64,000 nt of DNA from Firmicutes bacterium UBA5509 (GCA_002423965.1 DIOR01000021.1:6812-70811), one strand, 5' to 3'. Shown: positions 8,969 to 19,151, numbered from the stretch's first letter. Program-made: numbers and translations. The notes: a model not told the origin generated them from the sequence alone.

Positions 8969-9994
8969 ATGGAACAAGTAATTTCAATCCTAAAAAAACT
9001 ATTTCAAGATATCTCTTCTACTATAAACATCTCAACAGACTTACTCCTCTATATTAGCTTAGGGGTTCTTGTTTTATTGCTGATCATCATAATGATTGCA
9101 AAAAAAAGACCTCCCAAGGAAAAAAAGATCAAAAAAGTTAAAGAACAGGGCCAGAAAAAGAATACCGGGTTTTGGGAAGTGGGGCCTGAACCAGTGATTG
9201 TCTATGGACGAGACAAGAAAAAGGAGGAAGCTCAACCCGAAGAAGAATTGGAACTCCGACTGGACCTGAACCCTACACCTTCGGCTGAACCTCAACCTCT
9301 GCCGGAGCCGGAACCCCAACCAGCACCTAAATTCGATTTTACTCCAGAGCCAGAGCCTCAATCCTCTGAGTTCTCATTTATCCCGAAACCGGAAATTCCA
9401 CCAGAACCTAAGTTTGAGTTTACCCCTGGTATTGCTCCTCAAGCACAACCTGACTTACCTCCGGAACCGGAGCCTCTCCCTGTCTCTACACCGAAACCTG
9501 CATTTATAAATCTTTCACAGCCTACTACCTACAGTTCTCCATTCCAACAATATATGAATGCTGAACCCGGTAAAGAAGAAGTGGCTGCTACATTTAAACC
9601 CACTCTGACTCAAGATCCGCTACCACAACTTGAATCAGATTTCGCCAGCGAAATCCTGCTCCTCTTCAGTAAACAGGGTTTCACCATTGAAAAGGTCGTC
9701 TACCACGGGACATACGGAGCAGATTTCATTGTCACTACTAAAGGTGTTAAAACCTATGTCCAGGTCAAAGACTGGAAGAAAAAAGCGACCCCCCGCACCG
9801 TTCAGGAAGCTCGCTATTATTCAAACACTAACAATTGTCACAACACAATTCTAGTTCCCTTAGCTGGCTATACCTCAGCTGCCACCCGTGAAGCAGGCCA
9901 GCGCGCAGTACTTCTCTGGAACGCCAAGACAATAAAAAAACTGAGAAACGGTGAAAATACTCTGGAAGAGCTAATCGCTGCCTCAAGTTTCTAA
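8969..9994 (+). CDS. Membrane-anchored protein with a long Pro/Glu-rich linker and a C-terminal Mrr-like nuclease domain
   Basis: TM helix then KKRPPKEKK; about 130-aa P/E-rich linker; LFSKQGFTIE..GADFIV..VQVKDW..VQEA..GYTSAATREA...LLWN, with D...QxK intact. Confidence 0.75.
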   Translation: MEQVISILKKLFQDISSTINISTDLLLYISLGVLVLLLIIIMIAKKRPPKEKKIKKVKEQGQKKNTGFWEVGPEPVIVYGRDKKKEEAQPEEELELRLDLNPTPSAEPQPLPEPEPQPAPKFDFTPEPEPQSSEFSFIPKPEIPPEPKFEFTPGIAPQAQPDLPPEPEPLPVSTPKPAFINLSQPTTYSSPFQQYMNAEPGKEEVAATFKPTLTQDPLPQLESDFASEILLLFSKQGFTIEKVVYHGTYGADFIVTTKGVKTYVQVKDWKKKATPRTVQEARYYSNTNNCHNTILVPLAGYTSAATREAGQRAVLLWNAKTIKKLRNGENTLEELIAASSF

Positions 9995-10017
9995 AGCCGG
10001 CCCAGCCGGCTTTTTTA
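9995..10017. terminator. Intrinsic terminator between convergent genes
   Basis: AAGCCGGC-CCA-GCCGGCTT followed by a T-run. Confidence 0.75.
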
Positions 10018-10929
10018 TTAGCAAAAATGCAAAAATAAGTTTACAAATACCGGCACAGATAAAGACAATACTCCACCACTAAAGAAAGCCAAGGGTGCAT
10101 ATTCTCTACCCGCCTCCCGTGATAATATCGGCAGCAATACATCCATTGCAGTTGCCCCCGCAGGTGCAATGGCCGGCACCGGTCCCAGCCCACGGGCCAA
10201 CAAGGGGGTAATAATAATCGCAATTAACTCACGGAAGACATTGGCCAAGAAGGCAAGTCCCCCCAAAAGTGGGCTGTGAAGTTCGGAAATCAACACCGAA
10301 GAAAGACTGTACCAGCCGAAACCAGAAGCTACTGCAGCGCCCTCCAGTAGGGGAAGCCCCAGTAAGGCGGCGGTGATTACCCCGCCTAGGATACTGCCTG
10401 CAATTATTCCCAGGGGGATCAAGATTATAGCCAGCCCTAGTTTACGCAAACTAGTGAAAACACTGCTGGCCAACCCTAAATCTAGACCCACCCCCAGCAA
10501 CAGCAGCCCCAGCAACCAGGTAGCGGAATTGGTGAGGAATGGCAGCATCCCTTTGGCAACAGTCAGCCCCAGAGCAAAACCTGTCAACACAGCCAGCACC
10601 ATAGCTATAGTTAGCTTATAACCTCCTGGTCCCTGTGCTTGCCCTGTATCTTCTTTCCCCTCCATAGGTTTTGGCAGTAAAAAACCCAAGACTAACACCG
10701 CAAAAATGCTCCCGAAGACTGTGGCAACAGCCATAAGAAGAGCCTGGATACCAAGGGTTCCCAATTGGCCCACCACTTGAGGGTCAGCTCCTAACCTGGC
10801 ACCCATAACTATTAGCAGCAAAAACATGCTGGAATTTGATATGGTTGACACCGGCAGTCTAGCTGCCCACTGGGGTTTCTTTGCGCCAAATAAGTACCCT
10901 GCTACCAAGGGTATGACAATCATCCACAT
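10018..10929 (-). CDS. Lysine exporter LysO (DUF340) family membrane protein
   Basis: Multi-TM; GFGWYSLS, FLANVFRE and GATAMD motifs. Confidence 0.85.
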   Translation of the reverse strand: MWMIVIPLVAGYLFGAKKPQWAARLPVSTISNSSMFLLLIVMGARLGADPQVVGQLGTLGIQALLMAVATVFGSIFAVLVLGFLLPKPMEGKEDTGQAQGPGGYKLTIAMVLAVLTGFALGLTVAKGMLPFLTNSATWLLGLLLLGVGLDLGLASSVFTSLRKLGLAIILIPLGIIAGSILGGVITAALLGLPLLEGAAVASGFGWYSLSSVLISELHSPLLGGLAFLANVFRELIAIIITPLLARGLGPVPAIAPAGATAMDVLLPILSREAGREYAPLAFFSGGVLSLSVPVFVNLFLHFC

Positions 10930-10986
10930 TCTCAGCCCTCCTCGCAATGCCTATATATTATCCTAAGGAAAGCCCCCTGCCAACCC

Positions 10987-11012
10987 AAAAGGCGCGAATA
11001 TTTCGCGCCTTT
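10987..11012 (-). terminator. Intrinsic terminator after the kinase operon
   Basis: AAAGGCGCGAA-TAT-TTCGCGCCTTT inverted repeat. Confidence 0.7.
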
Positions 11013-11020
11013 ACCTAGTT

Positions 11021-13087
11021 TTAACTGCTGGCCAGTGTCTGAATCACCTCAAGCAGCTTCATAACCTTAAAGGGTTTAGGGAAAGCGGCCGCAAAGCCGT
11101 ATTTTTTATGATTGGCCATTACTGGATCCTGAGAATATCCGCTGACTACAATGGCCTTGACATTGGGATCTAGCTTTCGCAGTTTGCCGATAGCTTCTTT
11201 GCCCCCCATTCCCTCAGGAATAACTAAGTCCATAAGAACCACATCGAATCTATCTTCTGCCATTCTTTGCTCATACAGCTCCAACCCCTCTTTCCCCTCC
11301 CGTGCCCACTCGACTTTATAGCCATGCATACCCAATAACTCGGATAATGTCTGGGCAATGATGCGATTATCTTCAATAATCAATATGTGACCATCAGCAG
11401 GCTGGAGTGCCTTTTGGGCCATTTCCGGAAGGGGCTGCTCTTTGGACGCTGGCAAGTAGACATGAAAAGTAGTGCCCTCTTCTTTCCTAGACTCTACATC
11501 AATGATGCCCCCGTGGTTGTTGACAATGGAGAATGCAGTAGCCAAACCAAGGCCGCTTCCAAATGTCTTGGTTGTAAAGTAGGGATCAAAGATATTTTTT
11601 AAAATTTCATCAGGTATACCCACCCCTGTATCCCTAACCAAGAAGCGAACATAGGCCCCCTGGCGAAGGGGAAGGGGACTGTCTGGACCGATTTCAATGT
11701 TGTCTGCGGCGATAAGGATTATTCCCCCTGGAGGCATGGCTTGCTGAGCGTTAAGGACTAGGTTGGTGATTACCTGCTTTATTTGCCCCGGATCTATGTC
11801 TGCGGCAGACAAGCCAGGTTCTATTTGAAATTGAGCACTTTCTGCCATTTCCTCCAAAATAAACTGAATGGTTTCCCGAAGGAGTGGCTCTAGAGCGGTT
11901 GCTTTTTTAATCGGCTCTCCTCCTTTTGCAAAAGTAAGGAGCTTTCTGGCAAGGTCTTTAGCTTCAAAGCACGCATTCTCAGCTAAATCCAAAGTCTTCA
12001 CCAAATCCTTCTCATACCCGGACAGTATTTTCGCAACTTGGATATGGCCTGCGATGACAGTAAGGGCGTTGTTAAAATCGTGAGCAATTCCACCCGCCAG
12101 AACCCCAAGGGATTCTAATTTTTGCGTGTTCATCAATTCTGTCTTGGTCTCTTTCAGCTTTGCAGTACCTTCTTTCACCAGTCCTTCAAGGTGGTCCTCA
12201 TTCTTATGGAGTGCTTCAATTAGCAGGATGTTTTCATAGGCCAGTGCAGAATAGGCACTTAAGGTCATTAAAAGTTCTCTATCCTTTTCGGAGAAAGGAA
12301 AAAATCTTTCCTCATCCCAAATGCAATGCCAGCCATAGGCACAGCCCGAGGTAGTAAATGGAACAGCCAAGCCATACCCCCTGGAATCTGTTAGCGGCCC
12401 CCAGCTTACCGGTTCTAGCCGGGACATCACCTGCTCACCAACAGCATCGGGAACCAAATGGGAATTATCCCTGTGCCCCCAGTAATAGCGCCTGCCTCCA
12501 TCATCTAGGCAAATAGTCAAAAGTGAATTGCAACCTAAAAAATCACCGGCAGCACGGCTGGCGCAATTTAGAAGCTGCTGGGGATTGCGCTGGGAGATTA
12601 AACTGAAACTCAAATCCGCTAAGGTAGCAAGTTGTAATCCTTCCCTTAGGGAGCCCCCTTGAGGAGAAGTTGCGGTGGGCTTAGGTATAGGAACAACCTT
12701 TTGGGGTGAACCTATATTGCCCTTTGCCAAGTATTGATTGACGGTAGCTAGGATATGCTGAGGTTCCGAAGGTTTGGGGATTACAGTATATGTTCCAAGT
12801 TTTGGTCCCAGGCTCAGTTCCCCAGGCAGACGACAAGTGGCAGTGTAGAATATTATAGGCGTGCTTTCCTTGCCAGGAAGTGAACGCAGTTGCCTGGCGA
12901 ATTCGATTCCGTCAATGGTGGGCAGTAAAATGTCGCTGATAATAATATCTGGATTACTATCTTTGGCCAAGCTTAAAGCAGCCGTGCCGTCGGTGGCTTC
13001 CAACACCTGATGCCCAAGACTGCTAAACATAGATGTTAGGACTTGACGGCTCAAAGCATGGTCTTCAATAATCATTATTTCAGCCAT
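11021..13087 (-). CDS. Hybrid sensor kinase (REC - GAF-like - HisKA - HATPase - REC)
   Basis: N-terminal receiver; LAGGIAHDFNN H-box; NLVLNA; DTGVG; FDPYFTTK; GSGLGL; C-terminal receiver. Confidence 0.92.
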   Translation of the reverse strand: MAEIMIIEDHALSRQVLTSMFSSLGHQVLEATDGTAALSLAKDSNPDIIISDILLPTIDGIEFARQLRSLPGKESTPIIFYTATCRLPGELSLGPKLGTYTVIPKPSEPQHILATVNQYLAKGNIGSPQKVVPIPKPTATSPQGGSLREGLQLATLADLSFSLISQRNPQQLLNCASRAAGDFLGCNSLLTICLDDGGRRYYWGHRDNSHLVPDAVGEQVMSRLEPVSWGPLTDSRGYGLAVPFTTSGCAYGWHCIWDEERFFPFSEKDRELLMTLSAYSALAYENILLIEALHKNEDHLEGLVKEGTAKLKETKTELMNTQKLESLGVLAGGIAHDFNNALTVIAGHIQVAKILSGYEKDLVKTLDLAENACFEAKDLARKLLTFAKGGEPIKKATALEPLLRETIQFILEEMAESAQFQIEPGLSAADIDPGQIKQVITNLVLNAQQAMPPGGIILIAADNIEIGPDSPLPLRQGAYVRFLVRDTGVGIPDEILKNIFDPYFTTKTFGSGLGLATAFSIVNNHGGIIDVESRKEEGTTFHVYLPASKEQPLPEMAQKALQPADGHILIIEDNRIIAQTLSELLGMHGYKVEWAREGKEGLELYEQRMAEDRFDVVLMDLVIPEGMGGKEAIGKLRKLDPNVKAIVVSGYSQDPVMANHKKYGFAAAFPKPFKVMKLLEVIQTLASS

Positions 13088-13463
13088 TTTTCTTCCTCCT
13101 AACTATCTGGGTTACAATATCAGTGGCGAAAGTTTTTGGTTCAATTGGTTTGCTGATGAAATAATCAAAACCTCCCTGCAGCAATCTTTCCCGATCTTCT
13201 GCCCTTGCCATGGCAGTTACCGCCACAAGAGGTATATGGGCCAGGTTAGGCTGGGCCTTTAAAACTGAGGCCACTTCGAAGCCATCCAACCCCGGCATGT
13301 AAACATCACATATAATTAAGTCTGGCCTAAGCGCTTCAGCCAGTTTTAGCCCCCTTTTTCCATCGGTTGCTGTGGCAACCGTGATGCCGTAGGATTGTAA
13401 AAGATAGGTCATTAGTTGAAGGTTAATGCAGTTATCCTCTATAATCAACACTTCCATATGCAA
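13080..13463 (-). CDS. Single-domain response regulator (DivK/CheY-like)
   Basis: IIEDN, DLIICDVYMP, AVTA, ISKPI. Confidence 0.92.
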   Translation of the reverse strand: MHMEVLIIEDNCINLQLMTYLLQSYGITVATATDGKRGLKLAEALRPDLIICDVYMPGLDGFEVASVLKAQPNLAHIPLVAVTAMARAEDRERLLQGGFDYFISKPIEPKTFATDIVTQIVRRKKNG

Positions 13464-13465
13464 TT

Positions 13466-14758
13466 TCAGCTGGTACTGCCGCAGTGTTCCTCCAGGACTA
13501 GGGTAAATTTAGACCCAACCCCAGGCTGGCTGCGAACAGCGATGCGGCCGCCAATGGATTCCGCCAATATATTACACAGATGCAACCCTAAACCAATGCC
13601 ATCACTGTGGTAAGGGTCCACCTGAGAGAATGCATCAAATAGCCTATTCAAATCCTCTGCACCAATGCCGATACCGGAGTCGGCAACAGAGATTTCAATC
13701 CTTTCCGGAACAGGAGTGTGAACAAGAACAGTTATCTCACCATGCTGGGAATACTTTATTGCATTGTCAATAAAGTTTAGAAGTATCCGACTTAAGATTT
13801 GGCGGTCGGTGAAAATAAATATTTCCGGATCGGGGGCCCTGACATTTAGCCTCAACCCCTTGTTCTCAGCTAATTGAACCATGGTTGAAGCAATTTCGTT
13901 GACAAAAGCACCGCAGGCAAACCCCTCCCGTTTCGCCTTTATTTCTCCTGCCTCAATTCTTGATAAATCCAGCAAGTTATTGATTATCGATAGCAAATGC
14001 CTTGCACTGACGGAAATATTGTTCAATTGCTTCTCCTGGTCCTCTGTCAGGGGACCAGGAAGTTTCATCAGCAGGGTGCCGGTAAACCCTATTACGGCAT
14101 TAAGAGGGGTGCGCAAGTCATGACTCATCCGGGCCAAAAAGTTGTCCTTGGCTTTGCATGCCCGTCTCAACTGGTAATTGGTCTCCTGGAGCTTGTCCTC
14201 TGCCGAATGACATTGTTTTACTTCCTCAATCAGTTGGAGATTTGCCGATAGCACATGGGTAGTCCGCTTCTCGGCCTCCTCTAACGCTACTTTGGTTTTG
14301 CGGGCTTCTTCCTTAAGTCTCTGGTATTCAGTGACATCCCGAAAGATCATAATACTGCCTAAAGGGAGTCCCCCATCATCCAGAACCGACTCAAGGCAAT
14401 ACTCAATGGAGATCTCGCTGCCATCCCGGAGGACCATTATGCAGGAATAAAGAGCCTCATTCCCCCTGGAAGTTGACGAAGATTTAAGGACAAAGATCTC
14501 CTCCAACCTGGGCGGGATGCCCCCAAGGTGGTGGTAGCCAGTCATTCTTTCTGCCACAGGATTCATAAAAACTACCCAGTTGCCAGTATCTGTGGCAATA
14601 ATCCCGTCCCGGATATTCCTACATACAGGTGAGAACCCACATTCCCCCAGCCTGTGTCGAAATGTGGAAACTCCAACATCCCCGGCATACAACTCTTTAC
14701 TAGCAATCAAAATTTTCCCCCCAAATGATTTATCCGGACTAATAAAAATACATTGCAA
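13466..14758 (-). CDS. Cytoplasmic PAS-domain sensor histidine kinase (start uncertain)
   Basis: PAS (FMNPVAERMTGY...FRDVTE), SHDLRTPL H-box, NFIDNAIKY, DSGIG, GLGL. Confidence 0.9.
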   Translation of the reverse strand: MQCIFISPDKSFGGKILIASKELYAGDVGVSTFRHRLGECGFSPVCRNIRDGIIATDTGNWVVFMNPVAERMTGYHHLGGIPPRLEEIFVLKSSSTSRGNEALYSCIMVLRDGSEISIEYCLESVLDDGGLPLGSIMIFRDVTEYQRLKEEARKTKVALEEAEKRTTHVLSANLQLIEEVKQCHSAEDKLQETNYQLRRACKAKDNFLARMSHDLRTPLNAVIGFTGTLLMKLPGPLTEDQEKQLNNISVSARHLLSIINNLLDLSRIEAGEIKAKREGFACGAFVNEIASTMVQLAENKGLRLNVRAPDPEIFIFTDRQILSRILLNFIDNAIKYSQHGEITVLVHTPVPERIEISVADSGIGIGAEDLNRLFDAFSQVDPYHSDGIGLGLHLCNILAESIGGRIAVRSQPGVGSKFTLVLEEHCGSTS

Positions 14759-14925
14759 GCTTTAGTTCTACTAAATGCTACTGCCCTTTGGGCAGTTGAG
14801 AGCTTCACTCCTAATTAGATAAACCGAACACAATATAACATGTAAGAGGTGAGAAAAATGTCGAATCCTGTCAGCCCTAAAAATTAATTATCTAATGGCC
14901 CTATCCAAATATTAGATTACAAAGA

Positions 14926-14951
14926 AGGAAGCAAGGGCAACAATATAGAAA
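14926..14951 (+). promoter_or_regulatory. SigH-like promoter upstream of ygeY
   Basis: AGGA-N18-GAAA. Confidence 0.4.
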
Positions 14952-15026
14952 GTAGCATATGTAACTTATATTTAATTTATGGGGTGAAAGTTATCTCAGA
15001 AAAAACTATATTGAGGAGGAAAAAGG

Positions 15027-16220
15027 ATGGATTTTAAGGAAATTAACGCTGCAGCCCAAGGTTATCAAGAGGCAATGACTAAGTTTCTCCGGGAGCTGGT
15101 GGCAATCCCCGGGGAAAGCTGTGATGAAGAAGGTGTCATTCGGCGGATAGAAGCTGAAATGAAGCACCTAGGTTACGACAAGGTCGAAATTGACCCAATG
15201 GGCAATGTGCTGGGCTACATGGGAACAGGAGAAAAGCTGATTGCCTACGACGGCCATGTAGATACAGTTGGCATAGGCAATATAGACACCTGGAAGTTTG
15301 ACCCCTACACTGGTTATGAAACAGACACTGAAATCGGAGGGCGTGGGGCTTCGGATCAGCTAGGAGGAGTTGTCTCCGCTGTCTATGGAGCAAAAATCAT
15401 GAAGGACCTCGGTCTCCTATCGGACAAATACACAGTCCTAGTTACCGGCACAGTCCAGGAAGAGGACTGTGACGGCTTGTGTTGGCAATACATCATCAAT
15501 GAAGATAAGATCAAACCTGAGTTTGTCGTTATCACTGAACCCACTGACGGCTATATTTACCGTGGCCATCGGGGAAGGATGGAGATCCGCGTTGATGTCC
15601 AAGGGAGAGCCTGTCATGGTTCCGCCCCTGAACGTGGGGATAACGCAATCTATAAAATGGCAGACATCATTCAGGAAGTCCGGACCTTAAATGACAACCT
15701 CCATACCGATCCTTTCCTAGGCAAGGGCACAGTCACCACGTCCCAGATTTTCTACACATCCCCTTCCCGCTGTGCTGTTGCAGACTCCTGCGCCATTAGT
15801 TTAGACCGCCGCCTTACTCAAGGTGAAACATATGACCTGGCCCTGGAAGAAATTCGCAATCTCCCCGCCTGCAAACAACACGGTGCAGTGGTCAGTATGT
15901 ACAAATATGAGCGCCCTTCATGGACAAACTTGGTCTACCCCACTGATTGTTACTTCCCCACCTGGGTCATTCCCGAAACTCATCCAGCCACCCAGGCAAT
16001 GATTGAGGCATATCGGGGAATGTATGGGGAACCCAAGGTTGATAAGTGGACTTTCTCAACCAACGGCGTCTCGATTATGGGGCGTTACAACATTCCCTGC
16101 ATTGGCTTTGGCCCCGGCAAGGAATCTCAGGCCCATTCCCCAAACGAAATTACTTGGAAAGAAGATTTGGTGCGCTGCGCAGCTGTCTATGCCGCCATGC
16201 CCACCCTGTACTGCAAGTAA
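15027..16220 (+). CDS. ygeY: YgeY-family M20 amidohydrolase (anaerobic purine/urate catabolism)
   Basis: [48 protein letters not shown]. Confidence 0.92.
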   Translation: MDFKEINAAAQGYQEAMTKFLRELVAIPGESCDEEGVIRRIEAEMKHLGYDKVEIDPMGNVLGYMGTGEKLIAYDGHVDTVGIGNIDTWKFDPYTGYETDTEIGGRGASDQLGGVVSAVYGAKIMKDLGLLSDKYTVLVTGTVQEEDCDGLCWQYIINEDKIKPEFVVITEPTDGYIYRGHRGRMEIRVDVQGRACHGSAPERGDNAIYKMADIIQEVRTLNDNLHTDPFLGKGTVTTSQIFYTSPSRCAVADSCAISLDRRLTQGETYDLALEEIRNLPACKQHGAVVSMYKYERPSWTNLVYPTDCYFPTWVIPETHPATQAMIEAYRGMYGEPKVDKWTFSTNGVSIMGRYNIPCIGFGPGKESQAHSPNEITWKEDLVRCAAVYAAMPTLYCK

Positions 16221-16245
16221 AATCCTTAGATAAGGAGTTGACAAA

Positions 16246-17442
16246 GTGGAGGATTTATTCCAAAGGTATATCGACAAGTTGAGCCACCTGGATACAAAGG
16301 CTATGTATGAAAACGACTTCCTTCTCACCTGGGAGAAAACCGACCAAGAGCTGGCTGCGGTTTTTGCCGTGGCTGATGCCCTTCGCTATCTCCGAGAAAA
16401 CAATATATCTGCCAAAATCTTCGACAGCGGCTTGGGAGTCTCTTTGTTCCGGGACAACTCCACAAGGACGCGGTTCAGCTTCTCCTCAGCCTGCAACCTC
16501 CTTGGGCTGGAAGTCCAGGACCTGGACGAAGGGAAATCCCAGATTGCCCACGGCGAAACAGTCAGAGAAACCGCCAATATGATATCTTTTATGGCCGATG
16601 TCATTGGGATTCGGGATGATATGTATATCGGCAAGGGCAACACCTACATGCGGGAAGTGTCCCAATCTGTCCGCCAAGGTTACAAAGACGGAGTCTTGGA
16701 GCAAATACCTGTTTTAGTGAACTTACAATGCGACATAGACCATCCCACCCAGTGCATGGCAGATATGCTCCATATCATCCACCAGTTCGGCGGGGTGGAA
16801 AACCTCAAAGGTAAAAAAATAGCCATGACCTGGGCCTATTCTCCCTCATATGGAAAGCCACTGTCAGTGCCCCAAGGAATAATTGGCCTCATGACCCGCT
16901 TTGGCATGGACGTAGTCCTTGCCCATCCCAAAGGCTATGAGGTAATGCCTGAAGTTGAAGAAGTTGCTAGCAAGCAGGCCCTAGGCTCTGGGGGCTCTTT
17001 TGCCAAGACCAATAGCATTGCAGAAGCCTTTACAGATGCTGACATTGTATATCCCAAGAGCTGGGCCCCCTTTCACGCCATGGCACAGAGAACTGAACTC
17101 TATGGTGCCGGAAACACTGAGGGCATTATGGCCCTAGAAAAAGAACTCCTGGCCCACAATGCCGGACATAAAGACTGGTGCTGCACCGAAGAACTCATGA
17201 AGACCACTAAAGATGGCAATGCCCTATATCTCCACTGCCTGCCTGCAGATATCAATGGTATCTCCTGTCAGGAAGGAGAAGTAGCCGCCTCGGTCTTTGA
17301 TTGCTATCGCACCCCCTTGTATAAACAGGCTTCCTTCAAGCCCTATGTCATTGCGGCCATGATCTTTCTGGCAAAATGCCAGAATCCTCAGGGGACTTTA
17401 CAGAACCTGTTTAAGAGGGGAACCCAGCGCTGGCTTAAATAA
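16246..17442 (+). CDS. ygeW: YgeW knotted carbamoyltransferase
   Basis: FRDNSTRT, HGETVRETANMISF, NLQCDIDHPTQ, WAYSPSYGKPLSVPQG, HCLPAD. Confidence 0.93.
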   Translation: MEDLFQRYIDKLSHLDTKAMYENDFLLTWEKTDQELAAVFAVADALRYLRENNISAKIFDSGLGVSLFRDNSTRTRFSFSSACNLLGLEVQDLDEGKSQIAHGETVRETANMISFMADVIGIRDDMYIGKGNTYMREVSQSVRQGYKDGVLEQIPVLVNLQCDIDHPTQCMADMLHIIHQFGGVENLKGKKIAMTWAYSPSYGKPLSVPQGIIGLMTRFGMDVVLAHPKGYEVMPEVEEVASKQALGSGGSFAKTNSIAEAFTDADIVYPKSWAPFHAMAQRTELYGAGNTEGIMALEKELLAHNAGHKDWCCTEELMKTTKDGNALYLHCLPADINGISCQEGEVAASVFDCYRTPLYKQASFKPYVIAAMIFLAKCQNPQGTLQNLFKRGTQRWLK

Positions 17443-18833
17443 TGAAAACACTGATAAAAAACGGCACCATTATTACCGGAGAATCCTCTTTCCCTGGGGA
17501 TGTCCTCATTGAAAATGGTCGGATTGTAGCAATCCAACAGGGGCTGGCAGCCCCTGACGCTAATATTTACGATGCAGCTGGCTGCCGGCTATTTCCCGGG
17601 TTTATTGATGCCCATACCCATTTAGACATGGATGCCGGCACCACTGTAACGGCCGATAACTTTCAAACCGGCACAGCAGCCGCAATTGCTGGCGGCACTA
17701 CAACTATCATTGATTTTGCCACTCAAGATAAGGGCGGAACCTTGACTGCTGCCCTGGAGACATGGATGGAAAAGGCCAAAGGGTTATCTGCCTGTGACTA
17801 CGGCTTTCATCTGGCAATAACTGATTGGACGCCAGCTGTGGCAAGAGAAATACCAGAATTAGCAGCTGCGGGGGTTACCTCTTTTAAAGTCTATCTTGCC
17901 TATGACCACCTCCGGGTGGGAGACGGCGAAATATATGATATTCTCCGCCAGGTTAACCAAGTTCAAGGTATCCTTGGGGCCCACTGTGAAAACGGAGATA
18001 TCATCAATAGGCTTACTGACTCCTTACTAAGGCAAGGTAAAAAATCCCCCTGCTTTCATCCTCAGTCCCGACCGGACCTGGCAGAAGCAGAAGCCATTTC
18101 CCGCCTGACCTATATTGGGCAAATGGCGGAAGCTCCCGTTCATATTGTTCACCTTAGCAGCCAGGCAGGCTTGGCTGCCGCCCTCCATGCGCGGCAGCGG
18201 GGTGGAGAAATCTATATCGAGTCCTGCCCCCAGTACTTCATCTTAGATGATAGCAGTTATTCACTTCCGGATTTTGCAGGGGGGAAATTCGTCTGTTCTC
18301 CACCCCTGCGCGCAAAACCCAGTCAGGCGGCTCTCTGGGAGGCCTTGGGCCAAGGCAGTATCGACAGTATTTCCACCGACCACTGCAGCTTTAACTGGAA
18401 GGGACAAAAGGAACTAGGCCGTCATGATTTCAGCAAAATCCCTAATGGCTTGCCGGGAATAGAGCATCGTCCCGCTCTTATGTATTCCTATGGAGTAGCC
18501 ACTGGTCGCATCAGCGAGAATCAGCTTGTGGCCAGCCTCTCAGAAAACACTGCCCGCCTCTTCGGGCTTTACCCCAGAAAAGGGAAAATTGCCCTGGGCA
18601 GCGACGGCGACATCGTCGTCTGGGATCCCAACACCCAGGGAACCATTACAGCTACCTATCAACTACAAAATGTCGACTATACCCCCTACGAAGGGTATAT
18701 GATCCAAGGTAGCGCTAAGGCTGTATTCTTAAGGGGAAGTCTGGCCTCGGAAAATGGCAAAGTGCTCATTACCGATAAAGGCAAATACCTGCCCCGCCAC
18801 GGCTGCGATTATTTCCGTCGAAAAACAGAATAA
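17442..18833 (+). CDS. hydA: Dihydropyrimidinase/hydantoinase (HyuA-type)
   Basis: PGFIDAHTH, GGTTTIIDF, HCENG, STDHC, IPNGLPGIE, DYTPYEG; overlaps the ygeW stop. Confidence 0.9.
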   Translation: MKTLIKNGTIITGESSFPGDVLIENGRIVAIQQGLAAPDANIYDAAGCRLFPGFIDAHTHLDMDAGTTVTADNFQTGTAAAIAGGTTTIIDFATQDKGGTLTAALETWMEKAKGLSACDYGFHLAITDWTPAVAREIPELAAAGVTSFKVYLAYDHLRVGDGEIYDILRQVNQVQGILGAHCENGDIINRLTDSLLRQGKKSPCFHPQSRPDLAEAEAISRLTYIGQMAEAPVHIVHLSSQAGLAAALHARQRGGEIYIESCPQYFILDDSSYSLPDFAGGKFVCSPPLRAKPSQAALWEALGQGSIDSISTDHCSFNWKGQKELGRHDFSKIPNGLPGIEHRPALMYSYGVATGRISENQLVASLSENTARLFGLYPRKGKIALGSDGDIVVWDPNTQGTITATYQLQNVDYTPYEGYMIQGSAKAVFLRGSLASENGKVLITDKGKYLPRHGCDYFRRKTE

Positions 18834-18840
18834 ATGCTAA

Positions 18841-18870
18841 AGGGCCACCCCTCTGGGATGGCCCCTCTTT
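18841..18870 (+). terminator. Terminator after hydA
   Basis: AGGGCCACCC...GGGATGGCCCCT followed by CTTT. Confidence 0.55.
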
Positions 18871-19108
18871 GGCTCTTAATGTCTGACTAGAGTTGTTACC
18901 GTTACGAATTATGCCTTAGTCCAATCCAGGGTACTTAGCAACTACTTCTTCAAAGAGCTTCTGATAGTGACCACAGACCTCCTAACTTAATTCCCGTATT
19001 TAGCGATTAAGGTAACAGAAGGGAGGTAGACAATAATGCAGATAGTGATCTCGACATTATTGCTGAGTTCATAACAGCACTCAATATATATTGAGGATTA
19101 CAGTAACA

Positions 19109-19151
19109 GGGGCTGTCGCACCAACGTTAAATAACGCAAGGCGACAGCCCC
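19109..19151. repeat. Small palindromic element, copy 1 (GGGCTGTCGC...GCGACAGCCC)
   Basis: Perfect 11-bp arms; the loop is related to the copy at 49606-49658, which lies in the opposite orientation. Confidence 0.7.

Noticed and set aside
14760-15026. Purine riboswitch upstream of ygeY
   Set aside because: No recognisable purine aptamer core found by eye.
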